In this document: positions 51,783 through 64,000 of the stretch, piece by piece | Position numbering within the stretch: the first letter of the stretch is position 1 | Layout: each line of letters begins with the position of its first letter | Assembly (NCBI GenBank): GCA_951406725.2 | Contig: OX597820.1 | Location: forward strand, 30,256,001-30,320,000 | Reading direction: 5' to 3' | DNA from: Octopus vulgaris | Taxonomy: Eukaryota | DNA: 64,000 bases | Notes under the pieces: model-generated | The model's database searches: none | What the model saw: the letters and a program-made list of their open reading frames with translations, nothing else | Told to the model about the DNA's origin: nothing | Position numbers and translations under genes: made by a program

Positions 51783-53126
51783 ATGGAAGATGAATCAAAG
51801 AGTCAGCTTTTTGGAAAAACACAGCCGGAAAATATTGATTCTTCTCATGAGAAACAAGGAGAGATGGAGAATAAATCCCACTCCAAAGACATTTTTGCAA
51901 CAAAAAATAATTTAAAGCAAAAAAAATTTCCTCACTCTGGATCAAAGTCTTACCAATGTAAAGAATGTGGGAGAAATTTTACAAGAAACAGTTCTTTATA
52001 TCGGCACCAGCTTATTCATACGGGAGAGAAGCCATACCATTGTGATATCTGTGGTCGAATGTTTTCACAAGAGAACAGTTTACATAGACACAAGTATATT
52101 CACACAGGGAAGAAACCATACCAATGTGATATTTGTGGGAAAAGGTATAATGGGAATAGTGATTTATCTTGGCACAAACGTACACACACAGGGGAGAAAC
52201 CATACTGCTGTGATGTCTGTGGTAAAAGGTTTACCGGAAATAGTGATTTATCTCGGCATAAACGAATTCACATGAGAGAAAGATCACATCAGTGTGAAAT
52301 CTGTGATAAAACATTCTCTACAAGTAGCCATTTATACAGGCACATACGTATTCATTCAGAGGATAAGCCATCATACCAGTGTAATATTTGTGGCCAAACA
52401 TTCTCAACCAGTGCTAATCTATCTCGCCATATACGTATTCACACAGGAGAAAAGCCATACCAGTGTGATATATGTGGTAAGGAATTCTCGAGAAAATATG
52501 TTTTATTCAGTCACAAAAATAGTCACTCACAAGTAAAGCCATACCACTGTAATATCTGTGGTAAAATGTTCTCTTACAGTACTGGTTTAAATAGTCATAA
52601 ACAGACTCATACAGAAGATACACCACACCACTGTGATATCTCTGATGAAAACTTCTCAGACAGCATTAGTTTATCTTCCCATAAACATACTCACACAGAG
52701 GAGAAACTATACTGCTGTGATGTCTGTGGTAAATCATTCTCTGTCAACAGTAATTTATGTAGCCATAAACGTATTCACACTGGAGAGAAAACATACCATT
52801 GTGATATCTGTAATAAAACATTTTCTAGGAGTAACTCTTTATCTATTCACAAACGTTTTCACACAGGAGAGAAGCCTTATCGCTGCAATATCTGTGGTAA
52901 ATCATTCTTTGCTGCTAGCGGTTTGTATTTCCACAAACGAACTCACACAGGAGAGAAACCATACCATTGTGAAATCTGTGGTAAAACATTTTCTATGAGT
53001 TTTAGTTTATCTAACCACAAACGTACACACACGGGAGAGAAACCATATCACTGTGGTGATTGTGGTAAAACATTTACTTACAACAGTTCTTTGTATCGTC
53101 ACAAAAGGATTCACAGAAAAGATTAA
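51783..53126 (+). CDS. C2H2 zinc-finger protein, 447 aa, 14 finger units (13 intact), single coding exon
   Basis: Tandem C2H2 repeats with TGEKPY linkers; ~56-aa leader; candidate acceptor TTTTATTTCAG ending at 50989. Confidence 0.95.
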   Translation: MEDESKSQLFGKTQPENIDSSHEKQGEMENKSHSKDIFATKNNLKQKKFPHSGSKSYQCKECGRNFTRNSSLYRHQLIHTGEKPYHCDICGRMFSQENSLHRHKYIHTGKKPYQCDICGKRYNGNSDLSWHKRTHTGEKPYCCDVCGKRFTGNSDLSRHKRIHMRERSHQCEICDKTFSTSSHLYRHIRIHSEDKPSYQCNICGQTFSTSANLSRHIRIHTGEKPYQCDICGKEFSRKYVLFSHKNSHSQVKPYHCNICGKMFSYSTGLNSHKQTHTEDTPHHCDISDENFSDSISLSSHKHTHTEEKLYCCDVCGKSFSVNSNLCSHKRIHTGEKTYHCDICNKTFSRSNSLSIHKRFHTGEKPYRCNICGKSFFAASGLYFHKRTHTGEKPYHCEICGKTFSMSFSLSNHKRTHTGEKPYHCGDCGKTFTYNSSLYRHKRIHRKD

Positions 53127-53434
53127 TAATATTTGAGGCACACCCTATAACACTGAATGGAATTTGTGAACAAAAAAATATTTACAGTTCTCTGACACAC
53201 TACCATTGTCATATATGTCCATGCATGTTGTTATTTTACTGATTTCAGGAGTGTGGACATGCTGGAGCACTGCCTTTATGGGTTTCAGTTAATTGCATTG
53301 TCACTAGTGCTGTACCTTTTCAGTTGTTTATTAACTACAGAAGGGTAAAAAGCAAGATAGATTGATCTGAACTTAAAGTGACATAAAGGAATATTTCCAA
53401 ATATTCAGATAACCTGTCAAGTAAAAGTTCTTAA

Positions 53435-53777
53435 ATAGACAAGACAAGCAAAACGCCCCCCGTCCAATGGACAGTGCTGAGTTGTCAAACATTTAAACCA
53501 AATTTTCTCAAAACAACTTGTCCGACTATCCCATAGGCCTCCCCTTTGAGAAACACTAATCGCAACAGCTGATGTACTTGCGCGTACAAATGCACATTCC
53601 CACAGTTTTATTGATCACATTCTTACCTGGAATCAATTTTTATAATTTTTTAAAGACTTATACACGCCCTGATACCGTCGGTATCTACACATCAAATTTG
53701 AGCTCAATCGGATGGAGGATGCCCGAGATCCTAGAAGACACACACACACACAGACTGAACAGATTTTATATAATAGA
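53435..53777 (-). mobile_element. Non-autonomous Helitron-like remnant
   Basis: Minus-strand 5' end TCTATTATATAAAA followed by (TG)n; the 3' hairpin and CTAG are degenerate. Confidence 0.55.
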
Positions 53778-53871
53778 TGATTGTTATTGTTATTGGAAAC
53801 AAACTACATTGGTATTTATTGCACAAATTCCACCATGATTAAGTTTCACATATTCTAAGGGCTTCATTATT

Positions 53872-54234
53872 TATGTACACTGTTTACATTAATCAGAGTG
53901 GTGTTCTCACCTTGATTGTTGCTTTCACTATGTTTCAGCTGTTCTTCAGGTGTCTTGTGAGTCCCCTTTGTGTGCTTTGCTTAGGATTGAACTCAAAACT
54001 TCTAGGTGACTGCACTGCATTAAATAATGCCTTTATCACTATGCCGTGCCCATAGGCAGTGATTGAGTGAATCCTAGATAAGGCATTAAGGAGGATTACA
54101 AGACACCTGAAGAAGACTGGAGTGTACAACAGCTGAAATGTAGTAAAAGCAACAATCAAGATGAGGACACCACTCCGACTAATGTAAACAGTATACATAA
54201 TGTAAATTCTTCATCTTGGAAATATAGAATTGGT
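53872..54234. mobile_element. Fold-back tRNA-head/hammerhead element (copy C, diverged subfamily)
   Basis: TSD TTCATTATT (53863-53871 and 54235-54243); inverted arms; GACAC-CTGAAGA-AGACTG..CAGCT-GAAA-TG-TA; tRNA-like GGCATAGTGAT..GAGTTCAATCC on the minus strand; tail TTCTTCATCTTGGAAATATAGAA. Confidence 0.72.
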
Positions 54235-57200
54235 TTCATTATTGTATTAATATTTAGATTTATCATATGAATCCATCCTAACATTATTCAATTTAACGCA
54301 GCCCTTACTATAAATGAAATGGAAAGCTGTGTGATTTGCAAATATGCTTTATAAAAATTTATAAATTTTTCCCTAAAATATTCTTAAATATTACAGTTTC
54401 AATTAATTTTGCTTGAAATTAAATTTAACATCCAGCCTGGTTTATAAATCCAAACAGTTATATTCACTGTTGTACTGTCTTTAACACTATTTGGAGGTGT
54501 ATTAGATGTTTTACTTTCTTTAAATGATGTTTTAATATCAAAAATTTTCACAAACAAAAAATAGGTATTATTAATATATGCAGTAAAAGGTTGTATGGAT
54601 ATGTGCTATGGCATTACCATGTATAATACAGTATCAGGTGTGCATAGATAGTTTTGAAAACTATTTCTATACAGTTTTTTAATAATACCTGTACCTTTAA
54701 CATGTCACTACTATGTAACAGTAATTTAGTAGACATAACCTCACTTTTCTACTGGGATTTATTAAGATAAAGGATATCACAATGTGCTCACATACACAAA
54801 AATAATGATAATAATAATTGTACTGTGATAATTAACACCTTATATTTGGATAAAATGTCATATGAAAAAAATAAAATGCATCAGAATGAAATCAGTTTTT
54901 TTGTTGTTTTTTTTAAGAAAATGCAAATAAAAGTATAAAATAGTTATTTGTGTTATTTTATCTATAACATTTTTTCAGCCTGAAATTTCTGCTACAATAG
55001 ATATTGTAGTGACCAACTGAAAACTTCTCTGTTATTTTTAGTTCTGGGTGGAATTTTTGCTGACAGCAGTGGTGTGTAAATTTATCCTATTCACCGACAG
55101 TGGTTCTATGTCTTTTATCATTTGTTCTTTTGAAGCATCATGCAGTGAAAGAGTGATGAACAAAATTTTAAAAGGTTTAAACATAAAATAACGTATAGTA
55201 ATATTTGATACTTTCACTAGAAGCCAGTACTTAGTTCTGGTGTTGGTTCTGTTAAATGAACGACAAGCAAATCTACCACTTGTACAGGATGCCACAGTAT
55301 CACAGTTTACTTGGCCAAAGTACCCTTTATGCCTTTATGGTTTAATCAAAGGAGAAAGAGCAGTGCTCTTAATTTTTTTTATAAAGAATTGGATACTTGT
55401 GGGGGAAAATGGAAGAATAAACAAAGTCCAAATGCTTGTAACTGAGTGGATTCAGCTAAAGACACTCAAAGCCAGTTTGTAATGTTAAACAAAATGATGG
55501 GCTAGCTCTGCCACCCAAAACATGTAGAGACTTCTACACAGTTTCTATTCACCCAACATCAATCAATTTCATGAACATAGTTTAAGTCAACCTGAGTCAC
55601 TTGTCTAAGATACCACACAATTGGGATTAAAACCAAAAATGCATGATTGCAAAGCAGATTTATTACCAACATGCCCATATCTGCTCCCAATAACTGGGCA
55701 AACTAGAAACATGTAGAATAGCATTTTGTTTAAAGAATACAGTATGCTGGTAGTAAATTTGAAGTTATAACTTGGCCATTTTAGTTTGCTAATGTATGAT
55801 AGATATTAGATGAACAAAAATTGTTGTGGTTAAGCACCAGATCAGACCTATGTTCAAAGATGTTCCAGATATTACAACCCCATCTTTCTTTTTGGTGTCT
55901 ACAGGACTACATTATCCAATATGACCTTTTTCTCTCCGGTAGACTGTGATTTGAGTGAGACATGATTATTATATCTAGCATGTACGTAAATGTGTGGTGT
56001 AAAGTGGTTGGTGATATCAGAGAGTCAAAGAAAACCGTTTTCCCCATTGCTAATATAAGTATTAGTACATCAGTTGCTCTTGAGTTCCTCTATGGCTTAC
56101 ACCTTAAAGACATGCAGTTGTCACGTTTTGTCCTTTATGATATTTCTAGAAGAAATAACATAATATTTAACAATTCTAGAAGAAAAGAAATATATAATTC
56201 AATGGTTACAAACTCTGTTTTTGATGTTATTTGATCCAACCTGATATTTACAAACATTGTAGAAATACAGCTTTTTTCACCTGTTGGAGATATTTCTGTC
56301 ACGATGACCAACAATTTAGCCACTGATTTCATAGGGATAAGTTCCCACCCACCAAGTGTCTGTAATTAAGGTATTTGTTTCAGACAATGATTTACCTAAA
56401 TTATTCCTATAAACTGTGTATAAACACCAACATGCTTCAAGTGATGCCAATGCTTTGGTTTGATTTAGGCCTCCTTAGTGATAGGCAGTGTTGGATGTTT
56501 GGAGCTAGCTAAGAACTCCTACACCTTCCTATAGAAATCAGCAAATAAAACATTTGTAGATACATGCAAAGTTGTTCTTTGAGACAAAATCCAACAGAAA
56601 AAATTGCTTTATGAATGTTATGAATAGATGCACATACCATTGTTCTTATTTTCAGTTTCATGTGCTCATAATAATTTAGTCTAGTTACAATAGATCTGGA
56701 AAGTGAAAACATCACATTAATTTAAGAATTAAGACTTCAACTGGAGTGATAATTGTTATTCATAATAAAATAGTGGTATATCTATGTGTTTCTATTTGGA
56801 GAGGAGGTAAAAGAAAATCTACAGTCAATATACTTTAGATTAATCCTTTAGCATTCAGATTATTGCCAAGTGTAGTGCTTATCTCATAGCCTTGAGATAA
56901 TGACAATGTGATTGCTTATTTTTAGAATAACATTGTAGGGTAGGTGTGAGAGGTTGGATCTGACTGGTTTGAGCATAAAACAAGTAGATTATTTGGGTCA
57001 GATATGTCCAGTTTAAATGCTAAAGTTAACTTACAGTACATAGTTTCAAACAGCAAATCTTTGTTGTGTAAGTGTGACATATAATGACTATTCAAAACTT
57101 CATAAAGAATAAAGACTGAAGCAGGGCAAAGTTATCTATCATGTTACTGGGACTCATAAATGACAAATGATAATACAATATATAACAGATCTGTCCAATG

Positions 57201-59189
57201 CATGGCATGGAAAAATGAATATTAACACAGGTTGACAATGATTTATGGATTACATATACCATATATTTATTTTCATTAAACTAAATGTTGAGACAAGCAA
57301 ATTTACATTCAGCTTAACCATTGAAGTCCAAAGAAATTAAGCCATAAATAAAAGTGTATACAAAGGGATAAATTTCTTTGATGAGATTCATACAGTGAAG
57401 TTCAGTATAGAATATTTCACATAATGCCCTGTTATAGTATCGTAAAATAGTTCATTTTTGTTTTGAAAATTATTTTTGATTCTTGCAAAACTTAACAACA
57501 GATTCTTTGTTGTTTAACTTTTTCATTACCATATTTCAGTTGAAATACTCTGCCTTTGTTTAAATTCATCATCATCATCATCGTTTAACGTCCGTTTTCC
57601 ATGCTAGCATGGGTTAGACGGTTCAACCGGGATCTGGGAAGCCAGGAGGCTGCACCAGGCTCCAGTCTGATCTAGCAGTGTTTCTACAGCTGGATGCCCT
57701 TTGTAACGCCAACCACTCTGTGAGTGTAGTGGGTGCTTTTTACATGCCACTGGCATAGGTGCCAGGGGAGGCTGGCAACGGCCACGATCGGTTGGTGCTT
57801 TTTACATGCCACCGGCAGAGATAAATTAATTTTGAAAAATAATGAAGAATTTAGTAAAATAACTGTAATTATTCAGCTGATGTTTTAACATGGCATTTTG
57901 CTGGAAGGTTTAAATTTAGATCACTTTAAAACAGCAAGTTTGTTTCAAAGAACCAAGGATGTTGGTATTAAAAGGGTTTAACAACAAATTATTGTTGTTT
58001 GTATCAACATTACTATTTGGTCAATTTTAAAGTTCGTTTTCCAATCACATGGCTCTCTGTTTGATTTCACTGCATTACATCTTGCTTTAGTATCTTTTCT
58101 TAGAAACTTTGGCTGACCCAAGCATCAAGAGTGAAACTGTGTAGACTGGAACTGTGTGGAAGACTGTGTGATGGACTGTGCTCGGTCTTAGGTCATCACC
58201 AGGTTGGCCTTTAGAAGCCTTTGGTATAGTCCACTCTGTTGTAAGCATTCACATCATTTTACTGGTACGAATATATCTTGATATGCTGCTTCCCACTAAA
58301 GTAACATAAAATTAATGGTTTCTTCATTCATTTCTCCCGTTAGTCAGGCTCTTGTAAAAGGTCATGGGTGCAACTCTTCTCCCCTCCAAAAAAACAAAAA
58401 AAAACAGAGAAAAAAAGGTACTTAAATCACAGTTGTAAACTTTGTTATCAGTTTGGATATATTTGTGGCTATATAAAATATTTTAGGGAGTATTTCATCT
58501 AATCCAGCAGTATTTTTTACAGTTGGGAAGTTATTTTGTCATGGATCGCTCATATTTTAGGATATACTCAGTGTGAATAAATCAAATGATTGCACTGCAA
58601 GAATGCTAATTTCTCCACAAACATTGCTTTTCACCAGTTGGAGATATTTCGATCAATGACAGACAATTTAGCCACTGATTACAAAGGGATAAGTTCCCAC
58701 CCACCAACTGTCTGTAATCAAGGTATTTGCTTTTGACAATGATTTACCAAAAATATGATAATGATATTACATCATGGCACAGCCATGATAACCATGTAAA
58801 AGCATACAAAATCTGTTGTATTTCCTTTTCATTTCTTTCTTAAGATGTCAAAATTCTCACTACACTTTTGCCTCCTGATCACCAAGACAATTCTACTGCA
58901 ACTGTTGAAAATTAGTTCCTGGAAAGTTTTTGTAAGCCTCAGCGGGATTCCTTTACTTTCTCACTTTTTCTTTTGTTGAACTCTCAGACATACAGGTCAG
59001 CTGCCCAATCATTGCTTCACCTTCACAGATAAATTGCAATTTAGGGACAATAAATCCATACGAATTTAAAAGATACCATTTCAGAGGAAGCATTACCAAA
59101 GTAATTATATCAGCGATTAGGTTCTTCTCCAGAATGAAGATGTTTGCATTTGGTTACCTTTAACTAAAACAATGAATTTACCACACATA

Positions 59190-60335
59190 TCAGTTATCTG
59201 GCTTCTCTTCTGTATGAATTTTTTTGTGTCTAGTTAAATGCTTTTTTTCAGAAAATGATTTGTTGCAGACATCACAACTGTATGACTTCTCTCCTGTATT
59301 TTGATGTGTATTTGAATGACATCTTTGAGAAAATGATTTATTACACACACTACAATGATATGGTTTCTCTCCAGTATGAATATGTACATGTTTCATTAAA
59401 GGACTGATTTCAGGAAATAATTCACCACATACATCACACTGATATGGTGTCTCTTCTGTGTGGATTCGAATGTGTGTTGCTAATATGTTTCTATGAGAGA
59501 ATGATTCATCACAGATATCACACTGATATGGCTTCTCTTCTTCATGAATACAATTGTGTTTGGTCACTTGGTTCATGTCAAGGAAGAATTTACCACAAAC
59601 ATCACAGCGGTATGGTCCTTCTTCAGCATGAATAAGCTGGTGTCTATTTAAGGCAGTTTTCTGAGAAAATGATCGATCACATATATCACAGTGAAATGGC
59701 TTCTCACCTGTATGAACACGTTTATGCCTAGTCAAGCCACTTCTTTGAGGGAATGCTTTATCACATATATCACACTGAAATGGTTTCTCTCCAGTATGAA
59801 TACGTGTGTGATGGGTTATTTGGCTGACACAAGTGAATGATTTGCCACATATATCACAGTGATACGGCTTCTTTTCTTTATGAATATACTTGTGTGTATT
59901 TAAATTACTTTTTTGTGAGAAACGCCTGAAGCATATATCACATTGATATGGTTTCTCTCCAGTATGAATAAGTACGTGTTTAGTTAAATTGTTTCTTTCA
60001 GAGAATGATTTACCACAAATATCACAATGATATGGCTTTTCTCCTCCGTGAATGTATTTGTGTGTGGATAAGTGACATTTTCGTGAGAAAGATTTACTAC
60101 AGATATCACAGTGATATGTCTTTTCATCTGTATGAATATGTTTGTGTCGAGTTAAGCTTCCCCTCCGAGAGAAAGTTTTTCCACAGATTTCACAGAGGGA
60201 TGCATTTTCTCGCATATGATTAAATTTATGTGCTGTTAGAACTCTTTTCTGAGAGAAGGTTTGACCACAGATATCACAAGGATATCGATTCTCTCCTGTT
60301 GGAATACGTTTATGTTGAGATATCAAACTGCTCAT
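59190..60335 (-). CDS. C2H2 zinc-finger protein, 381 aa, 13 finger units (12 intact)
   Basis: Tandem C2H2 repeats. The ATG falls inside a degenerate finger, so the true start is uncertain. Candidate acceptor TTTATTTCAG at 61096. Confidence 0.88.
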   Translation of the reverse strand: MSSLISQHKRIPTGENRYPCDICGQTFSQKRVLTAHKFNHMRENASLCEICGKTFSRRGSLTRHKHIHTDEKTYHCDICSKSFSRKCHLSTHKYIHGGEKPYHCDICGKSFSERNNLTKHVLIHTGEKPYQCDICFRRFSQKSNLNTHKYIHKEKKPYHCDICGKSFTCVSQITHHTRIHTGEKPFQCDICDKAFPQRSGLTRHKRVHTGEKPFHCDICDRSFSQKTALNRHQLIHAEEGPYRCDVCGKFFLDMNQVTKHNCIHEEEKPYQCDICDESFSHRNILATHIRIHTEETPYQCDVCGELFPEISPLMKHVHIHTGEKPYHCSVCNKSFSQRCHSNTHQNTGEKSYSCDVCNKSFSEKKHLTRHKKIHTEEKPDN

Positions 60336-61804
60336 TGTGAATTTTTTATTACAAATATTGTAATTATGAAGAATTGATCCTCTTTTGGTTTACATTCAAT
60401 TAATTTATTTCCAGTTATGGATGACTTTACATTGATATCAGCAGTATCATTACGTAGGTCTTTGGCAATCTCTGATCACTAAAACCAATATTTTGTGACT
60501 TTTGATGCAATATTTTTCCTTCAAATCTTCACATTTTCACCACACAGCAGCAACAACAACAAAATAATTTTCATCCTTTCCTGCCAACATCCAATAACAA
60601 GATGTTTTGTAAGTAAACATTCATTTCTGTGATAATTATTCCAAGAGATGTAATTAGGATAGAATTCTGTCTTGCAATGAAAAACCGGAAAGTTAAAAAA
60701 AAAAATCACAAAAAATAGTTCCACTTATCACATAAATTCTATATGAAAATTCCCATCAAGAAACCAAATGTATATCTATGGTAAATTAGTTTAAGTTTTA
60801 TATACAAAATCATTAAAAGGACGTGTTGAAAAATGGAGGTCAAATCTCAAATACTTTGATACAAAGTGCTGAAGAAATTCCCAAATAAATAGTGATATAT
60901 GCTGTATCCCAACAACCCTATGGCAGTTTGATAAAATGGACATTAAAATATAAAGGATGATGATGAATTTAATCCAGGATTTGAATGAACAGCTTTACAC
61001 GAGATCTTCATAAAAACTTCTGTTTCTTCAATTAAGAATAATTATGTTGATGTATCTTAAGTGAAATCTTCATGTTCATAATACCACTTGATATCCTGAA
61101 ATAAAGAAACAGTATATTAAAAGAGAGTTTGATATTAACTTGAATATTATAAAATATAATACAAGATTACTCCATATAAGTATGTTTGACAATATACATT
61201 AGCAAAGGATTGGCCTACTTAAGGTTGTAATAGAAGATTCTTTGCAGTGGAATCAAACCCAGAACCACATGCCTGTGAAGTGAACTTAATCACAGAGCCT
61301 TACTTGCATCTATGTTTTGTGGGAGAATATTGAATTGAAGACTGGTGTTCTTTTGAATGCCATTTTAAACCATGTTTAATCTGAACACTAGAATGAGACA
61401 CGAAAATTTTGGCACTTTCCAGTATTAAATCATGATACGGAAATGAGATGTGAAAATTTTGGCACATTCAAAGCTATGCAATTTTTTCAAAATTTAATGC
61501 TAGTTTCTCCAAGACCATGTAGCTGAACAACTGAGCTCAAAAAGAAGTTTCTGTAGCTTCCTTTTACTTGTAGCTCATATATTGCAAAGCCAAATACCCG
61601 TGGACAAACGACTAGCATTATTACTGTATAATCTTGTTCAGTTTAGTTGAAGATCTTTTATAAGCTCCAAGAACTATTTGATCTTTACATGTAACAGTGC
61701 ATGTTGATCCTGTATATATTTACAGTACCTGCACTCCAGAGCTTTGGATTGGCACAGTTGGCATGATCATAAAACCACTATATATATGTGTGTGTGTGCG
61801 TGTA

Positions 61805-63800
61805 CAGTGGGACTTCGTAGTATGAGTGCACCATTGTACGAGTAATTTGCTGTACAAGCCAAGGCTTGTGTGAATTTTTGTCTTAAAGTACAAGCGGAAA
61901 TTCACAATACAAGTGAGCTTCATACCGGCAACTGCTAATCAGTGCCAAGCTCACACATACTCCCCTAACAAGTGCAGCTTCTGCTCACTCAGTTCACATG
62001 TTTATCTTGTTGTGGCAGTATCCCTACTGAGTTTATCTAAGTGGGTTTTTTTAGTTTTGTGTGGTTTTTGCTATTATTTTATAATAATTAGTTGTGTTAG
62101 CCATGGGTCCTAAGAAAGTTAGTACAAAGGGACAGTGCGGAGAAGAAAAAGCTAATTACAATAGAATTGAAGAAGGAAATCATTGACAAACATAAGAGGA
62201 GTGTATGTAGTGGACATAGCACATCAATATGATCAAAGTACATCAACAATCTACACCATCCTGAAGAAAAAGGTCGAGATAAAGGCCATTACAACAGCAA
62301 AGGTTGTTTTCAAGCTCTCTAAGAAATACACATCTGTCCACGAAGAGATGGAAAAATTACTTCTCCTGTGGATCAATGAGAAGCAACCTGTAGGAGATAC
62401 AACTACAGAGACTATCATCTGCGAGAAAGCACAAGCACTACATGTGGATCTCCTGAAAAAGAACCCTGGAACATCAGCTGATGCATTTAAGACTAGTTAT
62501 GGCTGGTTTGATAATTTCAAGGACTGGTGTTCATAATATCATCAGGTATGTAAAAGCAGCAAGTTCTGACACGAAGGCAGCTGAGGATTTCATGCGTGAA
62601 TTCCATCAATTCATCACAGCCAAGGGGTACACCGCACAACAGGTATTCAAATGTAATGAAACTGGCCTTTTTGGGAAAAATGCCCCAAAGAAGCTATCTA
62701 ACTGCAGAGGAGAAGAAAATGCTAGGCCATAAGTTTATGAAATATAGGCTAACTTTTGTCCTTTGCGCCAATGTGAGTGGAGACTTGAAGGATTAGGCTA
62801 CTCCTCGTCTACCTTTTTGAAAACCCACAAGCATCCAAGTCACACAAAATCCTGAATGAGAAGCTGCAGGTCATGTGGAGGGCAAACATTAAATCCTGGC
62901 TTGACCTTGTCTTCGGACTAGAAGTGAAAAAGTACCTTCAGGAGAATGATCTTCCTTTCAAGGCCCCTGTCATCCTCAACAATGCTCATGCTCCTAATCT
63001 CAAAGATGATATCCTGGACAAATTTAAATTCATAGAAGTTCTGTATCTTTCATGCAACACCACCCCTATCTTGCAGCCCATGGACCAGCAGGTGACTTTT
63101 AATTTTAAGAAATTGTACATCAAACACCTGTTTAGTCAGTGGTTTGAAGTCACTGAAAATACAAATTTTACCCTTCATGAGTTTTGGAAGGAATACTACA
63201 ACATTGTTAACTGCCTGAAAATCACTGATTATGGCCTGACAGGGTGTAACAAGGAGATCAATAAATTCTACATGGAAGAAATTGTGGCCTAACTGCGTAT
63301 CTGAGACTTCAAGGGGTTTGAGTATGAGAAACCTGTAATCAAGGAGATAGTGTCTCTTGGAAAGTCCATGGGCCTCAAGGTTGATGATGGAGACATTAAT
63401 GATCTTGTTGAGAAACACTGAAAGGAGCTGATGACAGATAAAGTCCTGCAGCTTCAGGAGCAGCAGCATTCAGATGCGGTGGAAGAAATTTGGTTCCCCG
63501 GGGGACAGTATAGTAGAGAAGGCTATCTTTATGAGTGACATAAAGGCAGTATCAGCAAAGTGACAGTATGTTTCTGAATTTGTAGAAAAAAATTCATCCT
63601 GAAAAAGTATCTACAAGTCGTACAGCTATTTTATCTAATGACACTGATCTGATGCATTTTCATAACATTTTGAAAGGCATGAAAAAGTAGATTTCTCTTG
63701 AGGTGTTTCAAATGAAGCAATCTGTAAGTGTGAAAAAGTGAAGAAAGTGTGTCCAAAAACCTAAATTAAGTGAAGTGAGAAAGAAAATGCCAGAAATTGT
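61805..63800 (+). mobile_element. Degenerate Tigger/pogo transposon (CENP-B-like HTH and DDE)
   Basis: TA-CAGTGG start; MGPKK at 62103; EMEKLLLLWI..ICEKA..FKTSYGWFDNFK; QQVFKCNETGLF; NTTPILQPMDQQV; multiple frameshifts. Confidence 0.9.
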
Positions 63801-64000
63801 TCTTCTTGAAGTCTTAATGGAAGGAAATTCTCCTTCCAAATAGTAATCCTCCTCCCCCATTCCACAGTCTTCCTCACACACAAATCAGCCCCTCATCATC
63901 ATTGTTTAACGTCCGCTTTCCTTGCTAGCATGGGTTGGACGATTTGACTGAGGACTGGCGAACCAGATGGCTGCAAGCTTCTTACCACACAGCCGCTCCT

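Noticed and set aside
62103-63500. Domesticated TIGD/CENP-B gene
   Set aside because: Multiple frameshifts and stops, and a retained transposon-like terminus.

Overview
Eukaryotic, AT-rich, microsatellite-rich DNA. The SINE families and the short-leader, single-coding-exon C2H2 genes point to an octopod cephalopod (Octopus sp.; inferred, not verified). Host genes: two full-length U2 snRNA genes in tandem (minus strand, 2281-2470 and 3982-4171) and three C2H2 zinc-finger genes (39198-41228 -, 51783-53126 +, 59190-60335 -). The rest is mostly mobile-element debris: Tc1, mariner and Tigger fossils, Helitron, Merlin-like and piggyBac-like MITEs, RTE, CR1 and Tx1 LINE fragments, and modular tRNA-derived SINEs. 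There is also a near-perfect 2736-bp tandem duplication whose breakpoint lies in a chimeric SINE. The most striking non-obvious signal is a set of non-coding Penelope-like elements carrying hammerhead ribozyme (HHR) motifs: (i) fold-back elements built as tRNA head + HHR + tail with 9-bp target duplications, (ii) HHRs with a non-circularly permuted strand order, (iii) an HHR with a G3:C8 core swap, and (iv) HHRs with a long stem II. A 141-bp piece of the neighbouring ZNF gene is also copied into a MITE. Nearly all short ORFs in the track are microsatellite or antisense artefacts. All structures were read by eye; coordinates of degenerate repeats are approximate and no ribozyme activity is demonstrated.
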